Shown here one piece after another: positions 37,695 through 51,240 of a DNA stretch of 64,000 bases (position 1 is the stretch's first letter; each line of letters starts with the position of its first letter). The stretch is from Octopus vulgaris (taxonomy: Eukaryota): NCBI GenBank assembly GCA_951406725.2, contig OX597823.1, forward strand, positions 107,880,001 to 107,944,000, in the 5' to 3' direction. The notes under the pieces were generated by a model that searched no databases, was not told the origin of the DNA, and saw nothing but the letters and a program-made list of their open reading frames with translations. A program made the position numbers and the translations under genes.

Positions 37695-38890
37695 TCTATA
37701 AATATAAAATTTTCAGTGTGCGTGTTTCTGTGTGTCACCTGTATGCATCGCCAAACGGCTGGATCAATCTATTACAAATTTGGCATGAACGTTTTTCATT
37801 ACTCGGGGAAGGTTCTAGAGGAGTTAAATTTTGGCCCTTATTGATATAGGGGGCGTAGCCCACACCCTTTATGACCTTTCCGATTATTTTTTTAGCGGAT
37901 TCCTATGTTTTCGATGACGTAGATTCCGAATATGCAAAAAAAAACATGTTTTCCAAATTTTTAATTCTTCCTCACCACAAATTCAAAATTTCTAACTTTT
38001 TTCAAATATTCTTTTTCAATTTAGGTGGGAAAATGCTGAGATTAAGAATATGGTAAACAATTTATTTATTTCAAATTTTGTATAAAGAACTCCAAAATTG
38101 ATTCATACACCCCTCGTGACCCGTTGTCTAAAACTGAAAATGAACTGCTAAAAATAAACAGCTAAATGCTACCAAAAATGTTACCAAAAACTTTAAAGCT
38201 TTACTTACTTGATCGATCTGTCATTGAACCAGGATTTTAATTTCATTTGATTCACACTTTGCATTTAGGGAGAAATGCATCAGCAACTCAAGCTACCCCG
38301 TGGGGAGATGGTGCCAATGGTCTCAAAGGGCATGTGCTTCCGAACATTGCACAAAACTTTAGAACTTGTCAATGGCTATGTGAGCGAGCCATCTTAGCTC
38401 CACGTAATGATGCTGTCGATATCTATTGGGATCTCTTGCAGCTGTTGCTGAGAGAAGAACAGTCTTTCAAATAAAGCGAGGACCAAACTGTCGTTTTTTT
38501 CCAAATGAGTTCCTGAACTCTCTACAGCCACCTGGGATGCCGCCTCACAGCTTAACACTTAAAAAGGGGTCCTAATCCTGCTGCTCAGGAATCTGGATCA
38601 ACCTCGCCTGTGCAATGGTACCAGACTGCAACTCCATGTCCTAGAGACAGAAATTATCACCGGAAAATATAAGGGTGAGGATGTGTTCATTCCCCAGATC
38701 CCGTTAATCCCATCTGACCCCCACCCTTTGAATTTAAACAGCTCCACTACCCAGTGAAACTAAGTTTTGCTATGTCGATAAACAAATCTCAAGGACAATC
38801 TCTCAAGGTTGTTGGACTTAATCTTGCTTCTCCTTGCTTCTCTCATGGGCAATTATATGTAGCTGGAAGTCCCCAAACTCTTTTCACTTG
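37695..38890 (+). mobile_element. Internally deleted Helitron with a Pif1-like helicase pseudogene fragment
   Basis: A|TCTATAAATATAAAA 5' end. 38330-38870 encodes WLCERAILAPRN, EFLNSLQPPGMPPH, LLRNLDQPRLCNGTRL and FAMSINKSQGQSLKVVGL..FSHGQLYVA. No 3' CTRR end seen. Confidence 0.88.
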
Positions 38891-38907
38891 TATCCCTTAT
38901 ATATATG

Positions 38908-38938
<31 letters not shown>

Positions 38939-39112
38939 TAAACAAAGTTTAGAAACGTCGTGTGTGATTCGTAATTTCGGACACAGTATAGCAGTGAAAC
39001 CAGCAGAAAGATTTAGTATTTCATCCTCATAATACGAAAAATGTTGTCAGTAAACGGCCACGGGTCTCGAACTTGGAAGAGGATGCGTGGCGTTCAATCA
39101 TATAATAATATA

Positions 39113-39147
<35 letters not shown>

Positions 39148-39739
39148 TATATACATGCTTAGATCTATACGTGTATATTTATATATATATATATGCATAT
39201 GTGGGGACAAAAAAATGCGAAGTACGAGTACATGGAATATGAACTATTTTTTCGAACAACGAAAAACATAAATGGAAAATAAGGCAAAGAACATAAAGAA
39301 CGACCCTTCCTCAATTGTTGGCTGTTTTCCTAGTCTCGTATTTCGAGTATTTAACAACTATATACGCTTTCGATAAAACAGTTGCTCCCGCAAAGCAAAT
39401 TAAATAAAATTTGGGATTTTTGCGGAGGGGCAAAAGTGGTGACACAAACAGGACAGTGAAAACAAACAGGAAGGGCTGCTAGCCTAATCGAGGTTGTGGT
39501 AATGAACGCGTAAATCAAGCTTGCACAAGAAACAGAAAAGAACACGTGTTCATTCCCACGGCTACAACGGAAAGAAAGATGGCCGATGGTCCCGTAGGAG
39601 CCACGTGAACAAGGGAGGAGGAGAGAGGGAGAGTGAGTAACAGAGTATTATTTATATACATATACATATATATATAAACATATAAATATACATATATATG
39701 TATATATATACATGTATATATACATCTCTCTATATATGT

Positions 39740-39799
<60 letters not shown>

Positions 39800-39846
39800 G
39801 CACACATAGATATATAGATGTATATATACATATATATACATACGTG

Positions 39847-39902
<56 letters not shown>

Positions 39903-39910
39903 CATATAAA

Positions 39911-40117
39911 GCGGTGAGCTAGCTGAAACGTTAGCACGCCGGGCGAAATGCGGTATTTCATCTGTCTTTATGCTCTGAGTTAAAATTCCGCTGAGGTTGG
40001 CGTTGCCTTTCCTCCTTTTGGTCTCGATAAATTAAGTACCAGTTTCGTAATTAGGTCGATTTAATCGACTGGCTTCCTCCCTCCAATTTTCAGGCCTTTT
40101 GTCGAGAGTAGAAAAGA
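39911..40117 (+). mobile_element. tRNA-derived SINE with Nin/Deu-like central domain
   Basis: Head GCGGTGAGCTAGC..GTTAGCACGCCGGGCGAAATG, core TTGCCTTTC.TCCTTT..TCGATAAATTAAGTACCAG. Same family as 53011. Confidence 0.8.
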
Positions 40118-40300
40118 AATATATATATATATGTATATATTTAATGTAGGATAAAATTTTTTCGAAAAAAAATTTTATCAATGGCCAGCATATTAGAAAA
40201 TACCTTTAAAGGTTAAATTTATAAACAACTTATAAATAAGGGCAAACGAAAAAATTTCTAATGCCAAATATGCCGAAATTAGACACCCTGTCCATAACCA

Positions 40301-40648
40301 TATAATTTTTCACAATGCGCACGCTACTCAAAAAAAGGTCAACAGAAATCTCTAAAAATTTCCATTATTACCATATCGGACCGATTTCAGGGTTAGTTCG
40401 TAAGAACCCTCCCTTCGTCAGTGATAAATGTGGCAAAGAAATAAATTAGATACTTACTCATACCCGTGGAAGAAGCAAAACACTAAGTCATGAGCACAAC
40501 TAAGTACCCCAAATACATCCAAAATAAAAATACTCCAGCCCATTTTAGACACGTGCGATTTGAACTGAGGCTCTCACAGAGTGAGAGAGTCCAGAAGTGA
40601 ACACTATTAAATTTTTTTTGAGTAGCGTGCGTATTGTGAAAAATTATA
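40301..40648. repeat. 36-bp inverted repeats enclosing a hammerhead motif
   Basis: TATAATTTTTCACAATGCGCACGCTACTCAAAAAAA (40301-40336) and its reverse complement at 40613-40648, 1 mismatch. Confidence 0.85.
40374..40426 (-). ncRNA. Type I hammerhead motif
   Basis: Reverse complement TATCA-CTGACGA-AGGG..GTTC(TTAC)GAAC..CCCT-GAAA-TCGG-TC-CGATA. Core intact, single mismatches in stems I and III. Confidence 0.7.
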
Positions 40649-40903
40649 AGTTGTATATATATATGTATATATATATATATATATATAGGGAGAATTCACA
40701 CACACAAAAAAAGAAAAGAAAACAAAAGACGAACACAGATTTTGTAGACAACAAACAGATGTATTAGTATAACGCTCGGGAAATGAAAAAGTTCTTATCG
40801 TTTCGAGCCTATGCTCACAGAAAAGAACACAAAAAAACAAGGAGAGACAAGAAAGAAAATAAAGAGAAAATAGAGAAAATAAAGAATGTGTAGTGGCTAG
40901 CGA

Positions 40904-40962
<59 letters not shown>

Positions 40963-41613
40963 ATCCATCCTAGAATGTTACTTTGGTTCATACTGTATAT
41001 AGTTGCAAAGATATTTTTCACAATGAATAATATCTGTAACATTTACAGAAGTAAGAAGATTCAATAGTTTTTGTGCCACCGCCTTAGCATTCATCCAGAA
41101 ACCCAGAAGAAACATTGCCTCATAAAAGAATCATTTGAACAAGATTTTAATTTCTTTATGACTAGACTAAAGATTAATATTGATAATCAAAGGAGTATAG
41201 TTTGTCGTTATCCTGATAAAGGATTATGGAAGGATTATAAAAGGATTAGTATTAGCTTGAACTCTTGAAACCAGTTTCATCGTAGTGAAAAAATGTCTGA
41301 CTAATAGGAAATTTATTCTCTTTCTCTCTCTTCTCTTTCTCTCTTATAAATATTCTTATATATACGTGTACACATATGCACACACACACACAAGTATATA
41401 TGTATGAAACGTGTGCGCGCGTGTGTATGCTTGTGTGTGTATGTGTTGTGTGTGTGTGTGTGTGTTCTAAAATAGATAAGTTCATAGATATCATAAGTAC
41501 TTATGTACAGTTATGTCTGTAAATGTATTATTGTGTGTGTATATAAGTGTGTGTGTGTAAGGAGTGTATAAGTGTATGAGCGTCTGTGCGTTTTTGCGTG
41601 CAAATATATATAT

Positions 41614-41682
<69 letters not shown>

Positions 41683-41684
<2 letters not shown>

Positions 41685-42013
41685 GAGCCGCAATTGCCCA
41701 GTGGTAAAGACAGCGAACACGCGGTCGTAGGATCGCGGTTTCGATTCCGAGACTCCGGCAGGGGTGGGGGTGGGGGTGGCGAACCATACTGTACTCTTTC
41801 ACCAAAGCTTTCTCTCACAATTTCTGTTGTACCTGTATTTCAAAGGGCCATTTTTAAGAACTTTGTGTCACGCTGAATCTTCCCCGAGAACTACGTTATG
41901 GGTACACGTGACTGTGGCATGCTCAGCCATTTGCACGTTAACTTCACGTGCTGGCTGCTCCGTTGATCGGATCAACTGGAACCTCGTCGTCGTAATCGAC
42001 GGAGTGCCACGAA
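41683..42013 (+). mobile_element. tRNA-derived SINE (third family)
   Basis: A box TTGCCCAGTGG, B box GTTTCGATTCC, structured body, inserted between (TG)n and (TA)n. Confidence 0.75.
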
Positions 42014-42379
42014 CATATATATATATATATGTGTGTTTGTGTGTATGCATATATATATATATATATATATATAAATGCGCATATATACACGCACTCATAC
42101 ATGTATGAATATATATATATATATCATGGACACGCTGCGTACACACATCCATATATTCATCTAGGTATTGCAAAACACAACAAAATTATGGAATATATAA
42201 AGATCAGTAATGGTAGATATTTCCCCACCAATATATTCCTGCAATATTGCAATATCTACCATACGGGAACCTCTATCACTGATTTTTTTTCTCGAGCACA
42301 TTCATACGCTCATGAGATGTGTTTAGAGATAAATTGTAGTTGACACTTCAGAAAAGGATCCAAGTTATGCATTGGACTT

Positions 42380-43710
42380 CATGTTGTTGTCTTCAAATTG
42401 CTGTTGTTTTCCAAGTTCTATTTCAAACTGCGCCAAGTCCGGTTTTACCTCTCATCCTTTCGGAGTTGATAAAATAAAGCACCGTTCAAATATTAGCACC
42501 ACACTCTTCCCAAATTTTTGTTCACAATCATCATCATCATCAACGTCGTCATCATCGTCATCATCATCATCGTCATCTAACTGAATCGTTTTAAAGTCAA
42601 ACAACATGCCTTCCGTTATTTTCTTCCCGACTCCTTATGTTATGAGTTCAAATCCTACCGAGGTCAGCTATGTCTTTCATCCTTCCGAGGTCGATTAAAT
42701 TAAGTACAAATCAACTACTAGTATCACTGATACTGACTAATCCACTCACCTGAAATTCCTGACCTTCAGCCTAAATCTACAACTATAAATAGAGCGGCGA
42801 ATTAGCAGAATCATCGAAGCGTTATGAAATATGCCTTGTGGTGTTTATTCCCGTTCTTTCTACTCTGAGTTCAATTCCTAATGGGATCAATATTGCCTTT
42901 CCTTCCTTCAGGATCGATAAATTGAAGTACCATTCAAATAATGAGATCGATGGTAGTGACTAACGCACCCAGTCAATTTCAGTTCTTTACCTGCATTAGA
43001 AGAATTTCTTTGCGGTATTTCGTCTGCCGTTACGTTCTAAGTTCAAATTCCGCCGAGGTCGACTTTGCCTTTCATCCTTTCGAGGTCGATTAATTAAGCA
43101 CCAGTTGTTTACTTGGGTCGATCAAATCGACTGGTTCCCTCCCCCCAAATTTCGGTCCTTGTGCCTAGAGTAGAAAAGAATTGTTAGCACATTGGGTAAA
43201 CTGCTTAACGACATTTAGACCGTCTTTACGTTTTGAGTTCGAATTCCATCGAGGGTCGAATATGTCTTTTATCCTTTCAGATTTGGTAAAATAAGTACCA
43301 GTTACGCACTGGGGTCGATGCAGTCGTCTTCTCCTTGCCCTGAAAATGCTGGCCTTCGTCTGCCGTTACGTTCTAAGTTCAAATTCCGCCGAGGTCGACT
43401 TTGCCTTTCATCCTTTCGAGGTCGATTAATTAAGCACCAGTTGTTTACTTGGGTCGATCAAATCGACTGGTTCCCTCCCCCAAATTTCGGTCCTTGTGCC
43501 TAGAGTAGAAAAGAATTGTTAGCACATTGGGTAAACTGCTTAACGACATTTAGACCGTCTTTACGTTTTGAGTTCGAATTCCATCGAGGGTCGAATATGT
43601 CTTTTATCCTTTCAGATTTGATAAAATAAGTACCAGTTACGCACTGGGGTCGATGCAGTCGTCTTCCCCTTTCCTTGAAGATGCTGGCCTTGGGCCAAAA
43701 ATTGAAACTA
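42380..43710 (+). mobile_element. Head-to-tail cluster of Nin/Deu-domain SINE units with a recent approximately 336-bp tandem duplication (43021-43691)
   Basis: The motif AGTTC.AATTCC..TTTCATCCTT..GTCGAT.AA.TAAGTACCA recurs about 7 times. 43021-43356 and 43357-43691 are near-identical. Confidence 0.88.
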
Positions 43711-44414
43711 GTTTGATGCCTTCAGTGGTAGTGTTTGAGGCGATGGTAATGGTGGTGGTGGTAGTTATGATGACAGTGGGGAAGTGATAGTTGTCCTGAC
43801 GGTGGTGGTGTTTGTGACAGGAATAATACCGATTGTGAGGATGAGGATGGTGGCAGCAGTGATACTAGAGATGATGGTGATGGCAGTGGTAGCGATGGTG
43901 GTAAGAAAAGGTTAAGATTGAATTATTCTGCCTCGGCAACTTTTTTGGAGACTAGCCATGGTAATGAAAGTAAATCTACCTCCCACGCCTCCCACCCTGT
44001 TATACATACCACCCAGCTTACTGTCTCTTCCTATACACACACCTGGAAGCGTACACACACACACACACGCACACACGCACTCACGTTTGAATGTGATGTA
44101 TGTACACACATCTATATAATATCGCCTGTTGGAGATTTCACTGCTTTTATTAAGGTTCATATAAATTTATGCGCGCGCGCACATACTTACACACATACAC
44201 ACATTCATACACATTCATACACACACACATTCACACACATACACACACACATACACGCACACATTCACACACACATACACACGCGCCTCACAAACTCTGC
44301 TACATGGTTTGAATATTTCCACTTCAGTTGGTACACCAAAACATGTCTGTGTTTGAGCGCACGTGGAATTTTGTGTGATTGTGTGTAAGGGTGCATAAGT
44401 AAGTGTTTCTGTGC

Positions 44415-44453
<39 letters not shown>

Positions 44454-44638
44454 TTTGCGTGTGTGTATGTGTATCAGTGCGTGTGTGTGTGTGTGTGTGT
44501 ATACGTGTATGGATAAAACAGTGGCTGCGTTGTACTTGGTACTATCTCCTCTAAAATAACGAAAACTCAAAATCTATCGGTTGTAGAGTAAATAATTGGA
44601 GGGTCAATGTCTCATCCATCCATCCATCCACCCATACA

Positions 44639-44717
<79 letters not shown>

Positions 44718-44833
44718 TGAGAGGGGAGAGAGAGACACACACACACAAACATACACACACAGACACACAGGCAGACAGACATACACATGCGCATATCTAT
44801 CTATCTATCTATCTCTATATACGCACACATATA

Positions 44834-45856
44834 CATGGGCGTGTCTAAAGGCTGTTGCGTATGCTCCCAACCTGTAGCATCCTAAGAAACTATTAAGCGT
44901 AACTTCCAATGACTTGAAGGAACTCCACATATTGTTTGAAGTGCAGAAATCGGGAAAACTCCATACCCGTGTCCCGGTTCCCTTGGGTCTCCGGGCCAAA
45001 GGAAACCGAGTAAAATCTCACCAAGACCGGCCTGTGTTGCCTCTGACCCATGGCATGGTGCAGAATCCTGGATAAGCACCATATTGTCCAGCCTAAACTT
45101 CTGTTCCATCCAAGGTAACGGATATTTTCAGAATGTCCAGATACTCCTTTTTGCAGATCTTCAAAGCAGACTCAAGGAAGTGTGGATCCATAACGCATCC
45201 ATCACTTTCCACCGCTCCAAATACCATCACAAAGGCAAGATTCTTAGTTCCAAACACACGAGGGGGCACGTCAGAAGTGTTGTATGCAACCACACGAGAA
45301 TTTCTGCGATTCGCCTCGGCGTCGACTGTGAATTTATTCTCGTCCACAAACACGAGAGTTTTTCCTGCTCCTTGATGTTTGATGAATAACAGAATCTTTG
45401 GGTATCTCTCAGCTCGGATTGCTTTGGCCTTGGCAGTTAGCAGGTGACGGCACCGTCAACATAGCTAGTCATGCCAAGGCTCCTGTTCACAGCTTTGGAC
45501 ACCGTGGAAAGGGACACATTGTGTTTCTTGTGGATATATTGTCTTCAATCGAGCGCTTGAGGCCAGCGAGAAACTTTGGAAATCACTTCGAGTCTTGTGT
45601 TCTTTTCTATCAATCTTTCCCTCGTCTTTAAATTGTTTATATACACGACGAACTGTTGCTTTTGTAAGTTTCGTGAACTTAACAATTTTATTGGCAGTGT
45701 GCCATGACCTCTGCTGCTCCATAACTTTCTGTTGTCGAATCAGTTCGCTATTGACCTGAAAAATAAAGGGGAGGTTTAGATTTTCAAGCAAGCACGGTTT
45801 TGTCAAAAAGTGAAATGCTGGAATCACGAAACCAACTGCTTAAAATTGGTCTCAAT
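44834..45856 (-). mobile_element. Tc1/mariner-superfamily transposon (maT/DD37D-like), decayed transposase
   Basis: HTH-like IVKFTKLTKATVRRVYKQF, then FVDENKFTV, MVFGAVESDG and IQDSAPCH..LWP. Confidence 0.8.
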
Positions 45857-46149
<293 letters not shown>

Positions 46150-46251
46150 TCAGGGTGAGTACTTGATAATTGTAAGCACCTGTATATACCGTTTGGTGGT
46201 GTAGGTGGTGGAGTAAATTAATCAAAATAAAAACATGGTGCCAAGGATTCG

Positions 46252-46329
46252 GCGGTACATATGTTTCGGACCTTTATTAGACGGATTTATAACAATGCAT
46301 AATGTGTGTCTATGGCCTTCTTCAGCCGC
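46252..46329 (-). ncRNA. Type I hammerhead motif (left arm)
   Basis: GCGG-CTGAAGA-AGGCC..TAGAC..GTCTA..GGTCC-GAAA-CATATG-TA-CCGC on the minus strand. Confidence 0.8.
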
Positions 46330-46823
46330 GCACAATTACTACCTCAAGGACATGTATTACATCAAACATTCTACGTTGGGGATGCAAATCCTCTCATTCG
46401 CGTACGACATAATGCGGTACCAGCACAAAAATGAAGCGTCCATCCCGTCCTTCTCTCAATGTAGAATGAGGAAGCTTGGATGTTGAGGTAATATAAATAA
46501 ATGAATAAATAAATATATAAATATATAAATACAGACAGACGTGAAGGAGCCTGGTAATAAGAGTAAATAGGGATAAAGATAGAGGGGCGAGAATTAAGGA
46601 CGAAGGATAAAAAAATATAAAAATGTAAAAGATAAAAGAATATAAGTATAGAAATATAAAAATATAAAGTATAAAAATATAAAGAAATATAAAAATATAA
46701 AAAAATATAAAGAAATATTTCTTTTTGTGCTGGTACCGCATTATGTCGTACGCGAATGAGAGGATTTGCATCCCCAACGTAGAATTTTTGATGTAATACA
46801 TGTCCTTGAGGTAGTAATTGTGC

Positions 46824-46901
46824 GCGGCTGAAGAAGGCCATAGACACACATTATGCATTGTTATAAATCCGTCTAATAAAGGCCCGAAACATATGTACCG
46901 C
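46824..46901 (+). ncRNA. Type I hammerhead motif (right arm)
   Basis: GCGG-CTGAAGA(46828-34)-long stem II-GAAA(46886-89)-CATATG-TA-CCGC. Palindromic stem III ACATATGT. Predicted cleavage after A46897. Confidence 0.8.
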
Positions 46902-47329
46902 TGAATCATTGGCATCATGTTTTTATTTTGATTAATTATATATATATATATATATACAAATACACACACATGCATGGACACCTACACAACCACACATGTG
47001 GTGGACTCTCGTGTTGCAAAAAGACAGATGGCTGCTCAGTAACTTCTTGCCGAACAACTTGCACAGATTGTATCAAAGAAATGTTTGTGCTGTTCATTAG
47101 CTCACTGCCTCTATGGAAGCGATATAACATTGTATAGGTGCATGGGGCGCAACGCTTCAAAAGTCGAAGAGATCGCAGAGCACCATGAAATGAAGAATAG
47201 AACGCATCATCAGGTTTGGGAATAGAAACTATAATATTACGATCGTGAAACGATATCCTCAACACTAGGTAACGCAACTTCAACTCCCTCCATATATACT
47301 AGAACTACTGCTCTCCATGGTAGCTGCGT

Positions 47330-48270
47330 CAGCTACTCTCACAAGTTATACTGGGAAACAAAAGTATCACAAAAATATAAAGTAACCTGAAGGTACCTCA
47401 AAACTGCAGAAAGTTTCGAACGCAATATACAAGTGGGCTGAAGAAAACAACACGCTGCTTCAATGCCGGCAAGTTTTAAGCACTTAGCTATCGGACGACA
47501 GAAGGATTGCAATCAGAAAATGCAGGACTAAGGGGTTTTCTAATCCCAGAGGAAGAGTGGGTGCGTGACTTGAGAATCCAAATGAGTGTCGATGCATCGT
47601 TACGTGGGCATATTTCTAAGATGGCAACAATGTGTAGGCGACTGATTGTTTGCTTTCAGACATAATTCAGACTACGTAACAAAGAAACCATATTGCATCT
47701 ATGGAGAAGATTTGTGCTCAGCAGCCTAGATTACTGCTCCTAATTATGATTATCAAAAACTGTCAAGTGAACGACAGAACTATATCAAGAAGATTGCCTC
47801 AGTACAACAGATGGACTATTGGGAGAGTTTAAAAGAGCTGAAGACGCGAAAGATATGCAATAATATATATATATGGAAATCCTGGAAGGTCTAGTATCCA
47901 ACTTTGTGATTGGAATCTACAGCAATCACTTGATTGGACACCATTATCTCCAAAGTTACAATACAGTAAGAGCTAAGGATTTGAAGAGCACAGTCTTTCA
48001 ATACATTGTGAAAAGGCCCCAATAATCTACAAGGTTCAGATGTGCAAATGTTCAAACGGCAATTGAATAACTTTTTATCCCGTGTAACGGATAAGCCTAC
48101 TTCACGGCAAGACACGCAAAGAAGAGCAGCTCTGTTCAGCTCACTGTGACATCAAGAGTGATCCCAGCGACGGACCGGAGAGATAATCTAAAATAAACAC
48201 ACATTAGCGCTAATGGTGATGCCACAGCATGGCCACAGCCTCTGGTTGAATTGAAGCTGATCATAGCATG
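47330..48270 (+). mobile_element. Decayed CR1/L2-like LINE 3' portion
   Basis: Residual peptides YKWAEENN, VRDL.I.MS.D, FVLSSLDYCS and FLSRVTDKPTSRQ. Tail CAGCATGGCCACAGC shared with 62650-63015. Confidence 0.7.
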
Positions 48271-48320
48271 AGAGGATATGTGTGTGTATGTGTATATATG
48301 TGTGTCTGTGTGTATGTATG

Positions 48321-48354
<34 letters not shown>

Positions 48355-49108
48355 TATACATAATTAATAGCAACAGAAGAAATATTAATATCAAAAAGAA
48401 GTATTTATTCCCACTTACGTGTGGATGTTCTGTTAGAACACAAAATACTGCGTTACTTACCCCGAGAGAACTTATTATATGGACATGTGGTGCATCACTA
48501 GCGATATAAACGCGAGTGTTTATATGCTCTACAACGTAAAGGAATCGGGTTTTGAATCCGGGCAGGCACCTTACACGCACTCTAGAATAATCCAGGTCCT
48601 GACTAGCCAGATCGAATCGTATGGGACAATGGCAATTTGTGTAAGGTTATGAATTACACGAGAGAATAATATATCCTCAAAACCTTGTTTGCTCCAGTAT
48701 GATACAACGCATTCGCTTTAAATTTCTGTCTGACACGTGTTTCTACTGCGTAGACATCCTAAGATGTGGCATCCAGTTGCATTATAAGTTTATGCAGGGT
48801 ATACATATCCATGCAGCTTTATTCAGGGTGCTCACTTCAAAAACCTATAGTGGCAACTTCTTTAATAAATCTGCATTGATACGCAGAGTCTGCTTGAATT
48901 TATAATGTAATTAAGCCAAGAGGAAGCAAGCGAATGCCATATTTCAGTATATCTATGCAGTAGAAACACGTGTCGGACTGAGATCTAAAGTGAATGTATT
49001 GTATATAATGCTGTGGTAAACAAGCTTTTGAAGATGTATAAATTCTTCGTTCTTATTTTTTGATGTCTTGAAGATATACTTGTGCGCGTGTGTGTTTGTA
49101 TGTATATC

Positions 49109-49139
<31 letters not shown>

Positions 49140-49219
49140 TGTATGTATGTATGTATGTATGTATGTATGTATGTATGTATGTACGTATGTATGTATACAC
49201 ACACACACGCACACTTACA

Positions 49220-49369
49220 CATAGATACAAGCGGCTGATTGTGAAGGAGAAGAAAAACGAGTAGTGTGTGTGTGTGTGTGTGTATGTGCGTGCGTAAGTA
49301 CACCATATTGTTTTTTATTTTGTCCTGGTTCCAGTGTTATTCTGTTCTCTTCACCATATCAGTTATCTG
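49220..49369. repeat. Dispersed repeat, copy 2 (copy 1 at 4680-4839)
   Basis: Direct sequence match, including the upstream (TATG)n/(CA)n context. Confidence 0.85.
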
Positions 49370-49542
49370 TATGTATGTATGTATGTATGTATGTATGTAT
49401 GTATGTATGTATGTATGTATGTATGTATGTATGCATGTATGTATGTATGCATGTATGTATATGTGTGTGTGTGTATGCATGTTTATGTGTATGCATGAAA
49501 TAAAACCACGAAATGTATTGCTAATACTTTGGTGAACACTAA

Positions 49543-49762
49543 GGCGGTGTGGTGGCGGAATCATTACCGCGCCGGACCAAATGCTCAGCGACATTTCTTC
49601 TGACTTTACGTTTCAAGTTCAAACTACGCCTGGGGGCGACTTTGTCTCATCCTTTCGAGGCCAATAGAATAAGTACCACGTTGACACTGGGATCGATCAA
49701 ATCGATTTCTTCCCTCCCCTCCCACGAAATTGTTGGTCTTGTGCCAACAATTGAGATCAATA
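49543..49762 (+). mobile_element. Nin/Deu-domain SINE, diverged
   Basis: GGCGGTGTGGTGGCGGAATCATTA head, AAGTTCAAAC B box, CATCCTTTCGAGGCCAATAGAATAAGTACC core. Confidence 0.7.
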
Positions 49763-50165
49763 TTTTGGTAAACGCTAATAAAACACGTGGATACATGTAT
49801 CTATTTAAGGTGATCAATTGCCCTCACCTGAAACACCTCTACCTACCTGTCTTTCGTTCATACACACACACAAGCGCATGCACACAGGTGTTTCTCTATT
49901 TCTACAGCTACTTATCTATCTGTTGTATATATGCGTGTATAATAAATATATGCCTGTATGTATATGTGTGTATACTTCCTTGATCACACACACACGCACG
50001 CACACACACATACACTCATCGATCTCCTCAGTTCGGTAGGGATTACAAAGTTTATGGGACCTAATTCCCGCCTCCCCCGCCACTTTCAATGGCAAGCAAT
50101 TAATGATAAGCAAGACTTATATTTGTTTTAATATATCGTATGTGTGTGCGTGTGTGTTCTATTGG

Positions 50166-50207
<42 letters not shown>

Positions 50208-50611
50208 ATACACTTAAACGTAAATAGGCATACACAATATATGCACACACATATACATAATATACATATTAATACGCATACATGCACAAAGCACATTCAG
50301 AGTATATACATACAACTATACACACACACACACATACACACACACACATACACACAAACACACTAGTATAATGCATTCACGCAATATAGATGCACGACAC
50401 ACATACATACACACACAAATACAAGGCACGCATACAATATACAATACATATACAATACACATACAGAGTATACACACAGTGTACACATACGCATACAATA
50501 TATACATAGATATTACAGACCCCCCCCACACACACACACATATTCATATGAAAACACACAAACCAATGTCCCATATAAGGAAACAATGAGATGCACTTTT
50601 GATAGAGAAGC

Positions 50612-51240
50612 TGCCACCGCCACCACCATCACCACCACCACCACCACCACTACCACTACCACCACCACCACCACCACCACCGAAACAACAACAATAACAA
50701 CAACAATAGTATCAACAAGATCAATGATACCACCTCACCACTACCACCACCACACCACCACCGCCGCCGCCGCCACCACGACGACCACCACCACCACCAC
50801 CATCGCCGCCACCACCAAGAAGGACAAGTACAGTATTATCACTGCCACCTTCAGTCTTCGAGAAAGACTTGTACGCAATCCCTGAAAACTGCCGGAAATG
50901 GTCGTCAGAAATGCTTACCTACAAAAGTCAGAAATTGGAAACATTCGATGATGTGGTCCCTTTTTTTATCCCTAAAGAGGCAGGTCGCGAGACTGGAGTT
51001 TATTCGATTTTAGAGAAACCCCGAATACACCACCGCCGCCGCCACCACCACCACCACCACCACCACCGCTGACACACCCGCCGCCGCCACCACCACCACC
51101 ACCACCACCACCACCGCTGATACACCTGCCGCTGCCGCCACCGCCACCACCACCACCATACCACCACTGCTGCCTCCACCGCCATCACCGCCACCGCTGC
51201 CACCGCATTCGCCATTCCCCCACCACCAGCCGCCACTCTG
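50612..51240. repeat. (CCA)n/(CCG)n trinucleotide low-complexity tracts
   Basis: Directly visible, interrupted by about 200 bp of unique sequence (50820-51025). Confidence 0.9.

Larger units (their letters stand above)
46216..46937. repeat. 216-bp inverted repeat pair (46216-46431 / 46722-46937) with a 290-bp spacer
   Basis: The arms are reverse complements with only a few mismatches, and each contains a hammerhead. Confidence 0.95.

Noticed and set aside
50918-50972. Possible small minus-strand exon (ctctttag acceptor, ag|gtaagc donor)
   Set aside because: No recognisable homology or partner exons; such signals occur by chance.
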